A DNA stretch of 64,000 nt from an uncultured Eubacteriales bacterium (GCA_934796165.1 CAKVOU010000001.1:78752-142751), one strand, 5' to 3'; counted from the first letter of the stretch, positions 1 through 7,765 are shown. Made by a program: numbers and translations. The notes: generated by a model not told the origin, from the letters alone.

Positions 1-227
1 CCCGCCGGAGATATGACGAACTGATTGCCAAGGGGATGAACGTCCGGTATGAGGACGTTTTCCGCGAAATGACCGAGCGCGACAGACAGGACAGCGGCAG
101 ACAGACTGCCCCCTGCGTTCCCGCGCCCGACGCGATTTTGTTTGACAATTCCGACCTCACGCCGGACGAATGCGTGGATCGGATCATCGGTTTTGCCGAA
201 AAAAAGAAGGCGGAGGTCGGTCGGTAA
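1..227 (+). CDS. cmk: cytidylate kinase, C-terminal fragment (5' end outside window)
   Basis: Frame is open from the window edge: RRRYDELIAKGMNVRYEDVFREMTERDRQDSGRQTAPCVPAPDAILFDNSDL..., a typical Cmk C-terminus. Stop TAA 225-227 overlaps the next ATG. cmk-plsC-ispH/S1 neighbourhood. Confidence 0.75.
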   Translation, partial: RRRYDELIAKGMNVRYEDVFREMTERDRQDSGRQTAPCVPAPDAILFDNSDLTPDECVDRIIGFAEKKKAEVGR

Positions 228-904
228 TGGAGAAGCAAACGGAAAAGCACGAAGGAAAGACCAAAAAGACAAAGCGCAAAAACGGCACCGGGACCTACCG
301 CTTTGTGCGGGGACTGCTCGGTTGGTTTGTGCGCCTGATCCACCGGATCCATGTTGTCGGCAGGGAAAACGAACCGGACGCGACCGAGGGTCCGTATCTG
401 CTCGTCTGCAATCACCTGCAATGGTGCGACCCCATCTGGATCTGCGTCGCACTGAAATATCAGCAGCCGCATTACATGGCGAAAAAGGAGCTGTTCGGGG
501 TACCCGTCCTCGGCGGGCTGATCCGCAAGCTCGGTGCGTACCCGGTCAACCGCGGCGGCGCGGATGTCGGAGCGGTCCGGCATACCATTGAGCTTTTGAA
601 GAACGGCGACTCGGTCGGTATGTTCCCGCAGGGGCACCGCTATCCCGGTGTGGATCCCCGCACGACCCCGATCCGTCCCGGTGCGGGCATGATCGCCCAG
701 CACGCGGGTGTGCCGGTACTTCCCGTGTTCATCAAAACCAAGGATAACCGCCCGAAATTTCTTCGCCGCGTGGATATTATCATCGGAAAGCCGATCACCC
801 CGGAGGAGCTGCATTATAATAAGGAAGCATCCGGCGAGTACGCCCGCATGACCGAAGAGATTTTCGAGAGAGTCTGCGCGCTCGGCGACAGCGCCGGGAA
901 TTGA
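227..904 (+). CDS. plsC: 1-acyl-sn-glycerol-3-phosphate acyltransferase
   Basis: ORF 170-904. Preferred start is ATG 227 (MEKQTEKHEG), overlapping the cmk stop. Acyltransferase HX4D motif (NHLQWCD) and FPQGHR block. Confidence 0.85.
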   Translation: MEKQTEKHEGKTKKTKRKNGTGTYRFVRGLLGWFVRLIHRIHVVGRENEPDATEGPYLLVCNHLQWCDPIWICVALKYQQPHYMAKKELFGVPVLGGLIRKLGAYPVNRGGADVGAVRHTIELLKNGDSVGMFPQGHRYPGVDPRTTPIRPGAGMIAQHAGVPVLPVFIKTKDNRPKFLRRVDIIIGKPITPEELHYNKEASGEYARMTEEIFERVCALGDSAGN

Positions 905-907
905 TCC

Positions 908-2947
908 ATGGCGAAGAAACTGATCGTTGCGCAGCACGCCGGGTTCTGCTTCGGTGTCAGGCGTGCAACCGAATGTCTCGGCGCGAAGCTCTCCGACCGG
1001 GTGCCGGGGGAACGTCTGTATACCCTCGGTCACCTCATTCACAATGAACTTTATAACGCGGAGCTGGAACAAAAGGGCGTGCGGAGCGTCGTACCTGATG
1101 AGATTCCCGCGCTTGCCCGCAGTGCGACCGACGCGTCGCCGGTAACGCTCTTCATCCGCGCACACGGGATTCCCAAAGAGACCGAAGCGCTCCTTGCCCG
1201 CCTTGCCGCGGAATACCCCGCGTTTCACTACGAGGACTGTACCTGTCCGTATGTGAAAAAGATTCAGAACATTGCCGAAAAATACGACGACGGAGAACAT
1301 CTGCTCCTTCTGTTCGGCGCGGCGGAGCATCCGGAGGTCGTCGGGATTCTCAGTCATTTTTCGGGAGAAGCGTATGTGTTTCCGGATGCGGAGACCTTCC
1401 GCCGGGCGCTTTCTGACGGCTTGATTGTAAATTTGCACAAAAAATCACCAATTGCAGCGGCGCAAACGACCTTTCATTTGTCGGAATGGCAAAATTGTCA
1501 GGAAATTCTCAAAAAAGTCTGTACAAGCGCAGTTATTTTTGATACAATATGTAAGGTTACGGATGAGCGGCAGTCCGAGGCGAAACGCCTTGCGACGGCG
1601 TGTGACTCAATGATCGTGATCGGCGGCAGGGAAAGCTCCAACACAGCCAAACTGTATGCCGTCTGCCGCGAGCATTGCGCACATACCGTGTGGGTCGTTT
1701 CTGCGGAAGAACTTGCCGGAATCCATCCGTTGCTCCCCGGAGTCACCGGGATCGTTGCCGGAGCCTCAACCCCCGGCAGCATAATTGAGGAGGTAGTCAA
1801 AACCATGAGCGAAGCAGAAAACTTCGAAGCAATGCTGGAAAAATCAATCAAAACTTTAAATACAGGAGATACAGTTACCGGACTCGTAACACGCGTTACC
1901 GATCAAGAGTTGCAGCTTGACCTCGGCACCAAGGTTACCGGCGTGATCAAGGCTGAGCAGATCACCGATGACCCGTCCGCTAAGCTGACTTCCATGTTTA
2001 AGGTCGGCGATGAGGTCGAGGCATTCGTCATCCGTGTCAGTGACGTCGAGGGCGTCGCAGAGCTTTCCAAGAAGCGCGTTGATGCAGACAAGAACATCAA
2101 GACGCTGGTGGAAGCAGAAGAGAACAAGGAAGTCGTTGAAGGCAAGGTCACTGAGGTGGTCAAGGGCGGCGTTGTCGCCACTGTCAACTCCAACCGCGTG
2201 TTTATTCCCGCGGCTCTGACCGGTGTCCCGAAGGACGGCGACCTGAACACGCTTGTCGGCACGACCGTCAAGCTCCGGATCATTGAGGTCAAGGGCAAGA
2301 ACATCAAGGGCTCTATCCGTTCTGTTCTCCGCGAGGAGAAGAAGGCGCAGGAGGCAGCGTTCTGGGCAAACATCGAAGTCGGTAAGAAGTATACCGGTAA
2401 GGTCAGAAGCATGACCGATTACGGTGCATTTGTTGATCTCGGCGGTGTGGACGGCATGATTCACAGGACCGAACTGTCCTGGAAACACATCAAGTCTCCC
2501 GCGGACGTGCTGAAGATCGGCGAAGAGGTCACCGTGTTCGTCAAGAGCTTTGACCCCGAGAAGAAGAGAATTTCTCTCGGCTACAAGACCGAAGAATCCG
2601 AACCCTGGTACGTCTTCACCCATACCTATCAGGTGGGCGACGTTGCCGCTGTCAAGATCGTCAATATGATGCCTTTCGGCGCATTTGCTGAGATCGTTGA
2701 TGGCGTGGACGGACTGATTCACATTTCTCAGATCGCGCAGACCCGGATCGGCAAGCCGTCCGACGTTCTGGAGATCGGTCAGATCGTTGATGCTAAGATC
2801 ATCGACATCGACAACGAGAAGAAGAAGGTCAGCCTTTCCATCCGTGCGCTTCTCGACGAGGCGCAGGCAGCAGAGGAAGCCGCTCCCGCAGAGGACGTTC
2901 CCGCTGAGGAAACTGCCGAGGAAGCTCCCGCTTCTGACGAGCAGTAA
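908..2947 (+). CDS. ispH: bifunctional 4-hydroxy-3-methylbut-2-enyl diphosphate reductase / S1 RNA-binding repeat protein
   Basis: 679 aa. The N-terminal ~280 aa are LytB/IspH-like (AQHAGFCFGVRRA...IVIGGRESSNT). The C-terminal half carries four S1-type repeats (e.g. GKVRSMTDYGAFVDLGGVDGMIH, VKIVNMMPFGAFAEIVDGVDGLIHISQ). Confidence 0.9.
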   Translation: MAKKLIVAQHAGFCFGVRRATECLGAKLSDRVPGERLYTLGHLIHNELYNAELEQKGVRSVVPDEIPALARSATDASPVTLFIRAHGIPKETEALLARLAAEYPAFHYEDCTCPYVKKIQNIAEKYDDGEHLLLLFGAAEHPEVVGILSHFSGEAYVFPDAETFRRALSDGLIVNLHKKSPIAAAQTTFHLSEWQNCQEILKKVCTSAVIFDTICKVTDERQSEAKRLATACDSMIVIGGRESSNTAKLYAVCREHCAHTVWVVSAEELAGIHPLLPGVTGIVAGASTPGSIIEEVVKTMSEAENFEAMLEKSIKTLNTGDTVTGLVTRVTDQELQLDLGTKVTGVIKAEQITDDPSAKLTSMFKVGDEVEAFVIRVSDVEGVAELSKKRVDADKNIKTLVEAEENKEVVEGKVTEVVKGGVVATVNSNRVFIPAALTGVPKDGDLNTLVGTTVKLRIIEVKGKNIKGSIRSVLREEKKAQEAAFWANIEVGKKYTGKVRSMTDYGAFVDLGGVDGMIHRTELSWKHIKSPADVLKIGEEVTVFVKSFDPEKKRISLGYKTEESEPWYVFTHTYQVGDVAAVKIVNMMPFGAFAEIVDGVDGLIHISQIAQTRIGKPSDVLEIGQIVDAKIIDIDNEKKKVSLSIRALLDEAQAAEEAAPAEDVPAEETAEEAPASDEQ

Positions 2948-2957
2948 TCAAAAAATC

Positions 2958-2988
2958 AAAGAGCCGCCCGTATGGGCGGCTCTTTTTT
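2958..2988 (+). terminator. rho-independent terminator after ispH/S1
   Basis: GAGCCGCCC-gtat-GGGCGGCTC hairpin followed by TTTTTT. A-rich on the other side, so possibly bidirectional. Confidence 0.7.
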
Positions 2989-3111
2989 GCATGACGGAAG
3001 TCGCCGGCATGACGGTGGTTTTGCGAGGGGGTGCCGGTGCAGAAGTGCTGCGACGGCTTTTTTCTGCATTTTTGTTTAACAGGCATGGTTACGGCGACAA
3101 CCGTCTGCTTT

Positions 3112-3507
3112 TCAACCCTTGACCCCGCGCACGGTCATGGTTACAGCCACCGTGGTGTCCCATTGCCGGATCCCGCAGTCGTAAAGCCGGATCCTTTTGT
3201 CATATCTGGCGTTCGCCAGACGCTTGAGTTCTTCCGTTTCCGCGGCAGTGACCAGCCCTTCGGTAACGGCGGGCAGGCTGTCAATGTGATCGAGATGACA
3301 CTGCCGGTTTGCGTTGATGATGGCGTGTGCCGTTTCGGGAGAGACGTTTGGATTGTCCGGGGTCAGATTGACGGTCAGGTATTCCGTTGAAACGTTCCGG
3401 AAGCCGTATTTTTCCATGCAGAGCTGCAGCTCCGCTTCATTCTGCGGGTAGGCGCAGACGGCATATTTCTGTTGAATCTCTGAGAGAATCGGCTCGGTGC
3501 GCTCCCG
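3112..3507 (-). pseudogene. 5'-truncated remnant of a SAM-dependent methyltransferase-like gene
   Basis: The frame is open from the stop at 3508-3510 down to 3112 (...IQQKYAVCAYPQNEAELQLCMEKYGFRNVSTEYLTVNL...). This resembles the C-terminal half of class I methyltransferases. No SAM-binding N-terminal half, no start codon in the upstream extension, and no SD before the internal ATG at 3417. Confidence 0.35.
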
Positions 3508-3644
3508 GATTTACCGTTCAAATTCTGTTTCCACGGCGATACACGGCGCGGTGACCTGAATTCTGCGTTCGTTTTGATGCGGGTTCTGATTCCATCGTAA
3601 ATCCCGGCGAATGTCAACGGGGGATGCTTTCCGACAAAAAACTC

Positions 3645-3673
3645 TTGATTTCGGCGGGGAAGTGTAGTATAAT
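3645..3673 (+). promoter_or_regulatory. sigma-A type promoter upstream of smpB
   Basis: TTGATT (3645-3650), 17-nt spacer, TATAAT (3668-3673), with TGTAG in the -16 region. Confidence 0.5.
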
Positions 3674-3706
3674 GGTATTCCGAAGTTCGGGAAAGGAGGA
3701 CGACCC

Positions 3707-4183
3707 ATGGCGGAAAAGAAACAGGACGGCAAGATCATCGCGGAAAACCGCAAGGCATGGCACGATTATTTTGTGGACGAACGCTTTGAAGCCGGGATCG
3801 CACTTTTCGGAACCGAGGTCAAGAGTCTTCGCAAGGGGGCGGTCAATCTCAAGGACTCCTACTGCGAGATCCGGAACGGCGAAATTTTCGCGGTCGGCGT
3901 GCATATCAGCCCGTTCGAGCAGGGAAACATCTTCAATAAGAACCCTCTGCGCGACCGGAAGCTGCTCATGCACCGGCGGGAAATCATGAAGCTGAACGGT
4001 CAGGTATCCCAGAAGGGGCTGACGCTGGTTCCGCTCAAGCTGTACTTTTCCGGTTCGCGCGTCAAAATGGAGATCGGACTTTGCCGCGGCAAAAAGCTGT
4101 ATGACAAGCGGGATGCCGCCGCGGAGCGCGATGCAAACCGTTCGATCGACCGTCATATGAAGGACAGCCGTTACGAGGACTGA
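3707..4183 (+). CDS. smpB: SsrA-binding protein
   Basis: 158 aa, [32 protein letters not shown]..., full-length SmpB-like. Immediately upstream of tmRNA. Confidence 0.95.
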   Translation: MAEKKQDGKIIAENRKAWHDYFVDERFEAGIALFGTEVKSLRKGAVNLKDSYCEIRNGEIFAVGVHISPFEQGNIFNKNPLRDRKLLMHRREIMKLNGQVSQKGLTLVPLKLYFSGSRVKMEIGLCRGKKLYDKRDAAAERDANRSIDRHMKDSRYED

Positions 4184-4197
4184 CACAATTCAGATAA

Positions 4198-4570
4198 GGG
4201 GACGTAAAGGTTTCGACGGGGATTCTGAGGCATGATAAGCGTGGCAGGCCGGGCAATCCTGTAAAAGGCCCAACTTTTAAACAATAAACGACAACAATAC
4301 TGTTGCAATGGCTGCCTGAGAGGGCAGTGCCGTAGGACTGCGGTCCTACCCGGTCAGCCGATGAGTATCGCGGCTTCGGATTGACCGTCAATGAGCGATG
4401 CACGTGCACCGGCGGTTCGCACTTGAACCGGTCATGCAGAAAAGCGCTACCGAAGAGGTGAGCCTGTCATCCGGCGCTCCTCCGAGGGAAATCTAAAAGA
4501 ATGACTGCCCACGAAGAAAGTTGTGTCAAGGGATTTTCGGACAGGGGTTCGACTCCCCTCGTCTCCACCA
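4198..4570 (+). ncRNA. ssrA: transfer-messenger RNA (tmRNA)
   Basis: 5' GGGGACGTAAAGGTTTCGACGGGG and 3' GGACAGGGGTTCGACTCCCCTCGTCTCCACCA (tRNA-Ala-like acceptor/T-arm with CCA). Internal tag frame reads ...N-D-N-N-T-V-A-M-A-A-stop (TGA 4317-4319). Lies 14 nt after smpB. Confidence 0.9.
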
Positions 4571-4571
4571 A

Positions 4572-4612
4572 GCACAAACAGCCCGGCTTTATGCCGGGCT
4601 GTTTGTGCTTCT
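4572..4612 (+). terminator. tmRNA terminator hairpin
   Basis: Perfect 16-bp stem GCACAAACAGCCCGGC / GCCGGGCTGTTTGTGC with loop TTTAT, followed by TTCTT. Confidence 0.7.
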
Positions 4613-4857
4613 TGGATAGATGGAGGGAGTCGAACGGGTCGGAAGTGAATGACAGCCCGGTGGGCGGTCAAAGCCGACCCTGCGGGGGCCCGCAGGCGAG
4701 AACGACTCCCTGAACGGATTTACCCGGCTTTATGCCGGGCTGTTTGTGCTTTTTGGATAGATGGAGGGAGTCGAACGGGTCGGAAGTGAATGACAGCCCG
4801 GTGGGCGGTCAGAGCCGACCCTGACCGAGCCCGCAGGCGAGAACGATTCCCCGAACC
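4582..4857. repeat. tandem direct duplication (2 x ~141 bp) of the ssrA-distal flank
   Basis: Copy 1 is 4582-4722 and copy 2 is 4723-~4857. Both start inside the terminator hairpin (CCCGGCTTTATGCCGGGCTGTTTGTGCTT) and continue through GGATAGATGGAGGGAGTCGAACGGGTCGGAAGTGAATGACAGCCCGGTGGGCGGTCA(A/G)AGCCGACCCTG. Only a few substitutions separate the copies. Confidence 0.9.
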
Positions 4858-4984
4858 GCAAGTTATGTTTTTACGAGCAATCTGAGTAAAAATGTGCGTA
4901 ACTTTTTAAATAACAATCCCATGTGGAATCTATAGAATATGTAACTAGGAATTTAACTATTTAATAATATTTTGATTGAAAAGG

Positions 4985-5013
4985 TTGACAACCAATTCCA
5001 ACAGTGATATAAT
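4985..5013 (+). promoter_or_regulatory. consensus sigma-A promoter of the islet
   Basis: TTGACA (4985-4990), exactly 17-nt spacer, TATAAT (5008-5013). Confidence 0.65.
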
Positions 5014-5095
5014 ACATTTGATCGTTTCTCCTACGTTTTTTGGGGTTACCACTTACCTTATAGGAAGTTAAGGTCCCTTGTAGGAGGTTCCTACC

Positions 5096-5503
5096 ATGAA
5101 GAGTTGGAACAAGAGAAACGGTCAAAGAGCTACCACAAAGCGTCCTGGAACGAAAGAGTATCACGATGACTTTGTCAATCGGGGCAACCAGTTCTTCCAA
5201 AAGAAGACCAAAGCTGGCTGTACGAATTGCGGATCATCGAATGTTCGTGCTACGGGAGGAGATGGACGTCTGTTTGTCTTCTGTGCTAACTGTGGTAAGC
5301 AACTGAAGGTGATAAATACCAAACCAACACCAGTTGGTAATTGGTCGAAAAAAACCATCTTCCGTTCACGAGCGGGCTTATGCCTCTTGTGCGGAGGAGG
5401 TAGCTTCACCGGACAGTTGCACAGTGACCTTTCGCAGAAGCGGTATGCGCTTTCGCTCACATGTTGCCGCTGTGGGAGATCCTGTAATTGGCACAATTTC
5501 TGA
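5096..5503 (+). CDS. hypothetical small basic protein with two CxxC...CxxC zinc-ribbon motifs
   Basis: 135 aa. AGGAGG (5082-5087) lies 8 nt before the ATG. Motifs are CTNCG-x19-CANCG and CLLCG-x23-CCRCG. Promoter upstream and hairpin+T-run downstream. No family recognised by eye. Confidence 0.6.
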   Translation: MKSWNKRNGQRATTKRPGTKEYHDDFVNRGNQFFQKKTKAGCTNCGSSNVRATGGDGRLFVFCANCGKQLKVINTKPTPVGNWSKKTIFRSRAGLCLLCGGGSFTGQLHSDLSQKRYALSLTCCRCGRSCNWHNF

Positions 5504-5515
5504 CGTGAAAGCGTC

Positions 5516-5537
5516 AGAGGGCGTGCCCTCTTTTTTA
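5516..5537 (+). terminator. short intrinsic terminator/attenuator between islet ORF1 and ORF2
   Basis: (A)GAGGG-cgtg-CCCTC(T) stem followed by TTTTTT, preceded by a second small hairpin TGACG-tgaaag-CGTCA that overlaps the stop codon. Confidence 0.5.
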
Positions 5538-5572
5538 TATAAAAAATAATAAAATTGAAGTAGGAGAAAAAT

Positions 5573-7510
5573 ATGGGATTTGAAGAATCAATTAACAACT
5601 TGAAAAATCAATTAAGTAAAACGAATTCCTTCCAAGCAAAGTCTATATTGTTGAGAGATTTTCTGTGCAACAATAAATGTTTTGAAAAAAAACACTATTA
5701 TAGCGAAGAGGAGAAAAATGACCCGGTTATTCTGGCAGTCAAGAAAAATTATGGACTTAACGACATTTGTTATGAAACTTGCTTTGCCTTAAAGACTTGT
5801 TATTTTGAGGGGGAATTGGTTAAACCGGGTAACGTAAAAACGATGTATGAACATGTTTTAACCGGCATACAAGAAGGAAAAATTCAACTGGATGTGGATG
5901 TAAAATATTTTTGCGATTTGTATTTAGAGTTGGTTGATGCACTTTTCCCTCATGGGGGCGGAGATAACATGGAGGTCTATAAAGATCAGTTTAGCGATTT
6001 TGATATTGATAAAACAAAGTTAGACTCAGAAGAGTACCCAAGTTTGCTGTGCTATAAACATTATCGGAAGGATCTTTTAATATCTCTTATTTGTTTTTTG
6101 CTAAATCAAAGGAATAAAGAATCATTCCATTTAGCTATCAATTATTTTGAATTGTACGGTAAAAAATATCAAATTAATAATGTGACATTTATCAATGCTT
6201 TTTGGGGGCCTTTTAGAAAAAAAGATATAATAGATGAAGATTTTAGAAAAAAAGATGAACTAGACATAATTGAATTTAAAAGATTTCTTCAGAAAATCGA
6301 TGAGCGGGACTTAATACTATTTTTAAAATTGTTTGAAGCCGAAAGTTTAGAAAGTGCCAGCTCAATCCGGTGGGAGCAATTTGTTAAAGAGTCTATCGAG
6401 TTTCAGAACGAGTTGAAAATCGATAAAGAGAATTCGGAAGGTTTCTTTGTGATACCAACACCAGATTTAGATGTTAAGGAAATTGAACATAACATTAATA
6501 ATTTATTGAGTGCTGATCTCAAAACGATTGAAAACGATAATTACCATGAAATGTATAAATTCTACCAAGATCTGTGGGCTTTTTATGGTATATTCTCCTG
6601 GGTTAGAATTTCAAATAAGACAAAATATTTTTTGTCTCTTTTGATAAGGGATTATCCGGAACTATACAGGAAGGAATCTTATAATACTAGTTCGGATCCT
6701 AATACATATAGTTCGAGTCTTTATAAAATGACTATTACTATGATTGACGAAAGATTGGACGACATCGACAAAAAAAGAACTGAAAAATTGTTAGAAGAAA
6801 TGAATAGTATTGAAAAGGAGGAAATAGAAAGGTACTGTAAAAGTTTTTTTGCAACAATACAAGTCGGAGATAAGATCGAAAAATTGGATGAGGCTAGTGT
6901 AAATAAATTATACACTAAGTTTTCGGGTATGAAGGGCGGCGAAGATTTAGTTAAACTCATTGCCGGTGCACAAAAATTTATTGAACCTTACGAAAAAATT
7001 GATCAAACATTAGCCGGCGATTTTACGAAACTGATTGTAACACAAGTCAAGGTGATTGAGCGTTACTTAAAATCTGTTATTATTTCCAATATGACGGGTG
7101 AAAAAATCTTGTCAAAATACAATTTCAAACAAGCATACGACTCAAACCTAAAAAGCGAATCAAAAACACCTTTTATAATTATTGGAGAAGGAATGACTTG
7201 GGAGAATTTATCGCGGCAAAATAAGGCTGGAATAACAAATAGTATTTCTATTGAATTGGCGACTGCATCCTATATCATTCAACAAAATATGGATAAGGTA
7301 AAGGACAAAAACGCGAAAGAGGAGGACTTCAAAGCGTTTTTTGATGTGCAAAAGGAGTATGATAAAAGAATTCGTAGTTTCTTATATTGGAAAGATGATG
7401 TGCGCAACGGTTATTTCCACTCTCACCCCATAAAAACGTTAGGAGAGGCTTTGGCTATTCACAGGAAGACGGCATACTGCTTGGCAAAATGTATCGAATT
7501 ATTAAAGTGA
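5573..7510 (+). CDS. hypothetical 645-aa protein with C-terminal HEPN-like RNxxxH motif
   Basis: Long uninterrupted ORF in AT-rich DNA. AGGAG lies 6 nt before the ATG. C-terminus reads ...FLYWKDDVRNGYFHSHPIKTLGEALAIHRK... (R611-x4-H616). A second looser motif is QRNKESFH (R180-x5-H186). The function call is inference. Confidence 0.75.
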   Translation: MGFEESINNLKNQLSKTNSFQAKSILLRDFLCNNKCFEKKHYYSEEEKNDPVILAVKKNYGLNDICYETCFALKTCYFEGELVKPGNVKTMYEHVLTGIQEGKIQLDVDVKYFCDLYLELVDALFPHGGGDNMEVYKDQFSDFDIDKTKLDSEEYPSLLCYKHYRKDLLISLICFLLNQRNKESFHLAINYFELYGKKYQINNVTFINAFWGPFRKKDIIDEDFRKKDELDIIEFKRFLQKIDERDLILFLKLFEAESLESASSIRWEQFVKESIEFQNELKIDKENSEGFFVIPTPDLDVKEIEHNINNLLSADLKTIENDNYHEMYKFYQDLWAFYGIFSWVRISNKTKYFLSLLIRDYPELYRKESYNTSSDPNTYSSSLYKMTITMIDERLDDIDKKRTEKLLEEMNSIEKEEIERYCKSFFATIQVGDKIEKLDEASVNKLYTKFSGMKGGEDLVKLIAGAQKFIEPYEKIDQTLAGDFTKLIVTQVKVIERYLKSVIISNMTGEKILSKYNFKQAYDSNLKSESKTPFIIIGEGMTWENLSRQNKAGITNSISIELATASYIIQQNMDKVKDKNAKEEDFKAFFDVQKEYDKRIRSFLYWKDDVRNGYFHSHPIKTLGEALAIHRKTAYCLAKCIELLK

Positions 7511-7636
7511 CTGAGTCAAAAACTCTTTAATACCAGAATGTTTCCCTAGCCAATGGCGTCAAGGTTCCCATTGAAAATGCCCGGAAGAAAGCGTTGCATA
7601 TCCCCCGCAAATCCGTCCGGAAAACCGGCTCCGCTA

Positions 7637-7665
7637 TTTACTTTACCCGCCCGGTATGGTATACT
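7637..7665 (+). promoter_or_regulatory. possible promoter upstream of GH31 gene
   Basis: TTTACT, 17 nt, TATACT, with TATGG in the -16 region (tatggTATACT). Confidence 0.35.
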
Positions 7666-7765
7666 TTGAAGAGAAGATACGTTTTTGAAACGCTACAACC
7701 GCGTCCGGAACAAAGCACGGCGCAGGCGGCTGTGCCCCGGGAAATGAGGAAAGGCTGAGAATCAT

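Larger units (their letters stand above)
4858..7560. other. AT-rich genomic islet adjacent to ssrA (no mobility genes seen)
   Basis: Abrupt compositional change. Hand count of one 60-nt line inside (6181-6240) gives 18/60 G+C, versus 39/60 for a line in the flanking GH31 gene (8581-8640). Boundaries are approximate. Confidence 0.6.

Noticed and set aside
170-226. Upstream extensions of several ORFs in the track (e.g. 170-226 plsC, 19037-19210, 28164-28220, 31862-31963, 45508-45645)
   Set aside because: The extensions overlap the preceding gene or lack an RBS. In each case an internal start with a good SD gives a protein of the canonical length and N-terminus.
3511-3753. 80-aa minus-strand ORF overlapping the smpB start and promoter
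   Set aside because: No recognisable protein features. It overlaps the smpB promoter, RBS and start, and it is not the missing N-terminus of the methyltransferase remnant (no SAM-binding motif in any frame).
4625-4710. tRNA gene on the minus strand (sequence ends ...GTTCGACTCCCTCCA)
   Set aside because: A 7-bp acceptor-like stem can form, but the 17 nt preceding it cannot form a T-arm (ACCCG versus CCCTC do not pair). No D-arm or anticodon arm can be drawn. It is kept only as an unassigned structured element.
5161-5598. 145-aa minus-strand ORF antisense to islet ORF1
   Set aside because: No SD or promoter, and a low-complexity Pro/Leu/Phe-rich product. The plus-strand ORF has a consensus promoter, an AGGAGG RBS, a terminator and paired CxxC motifs.
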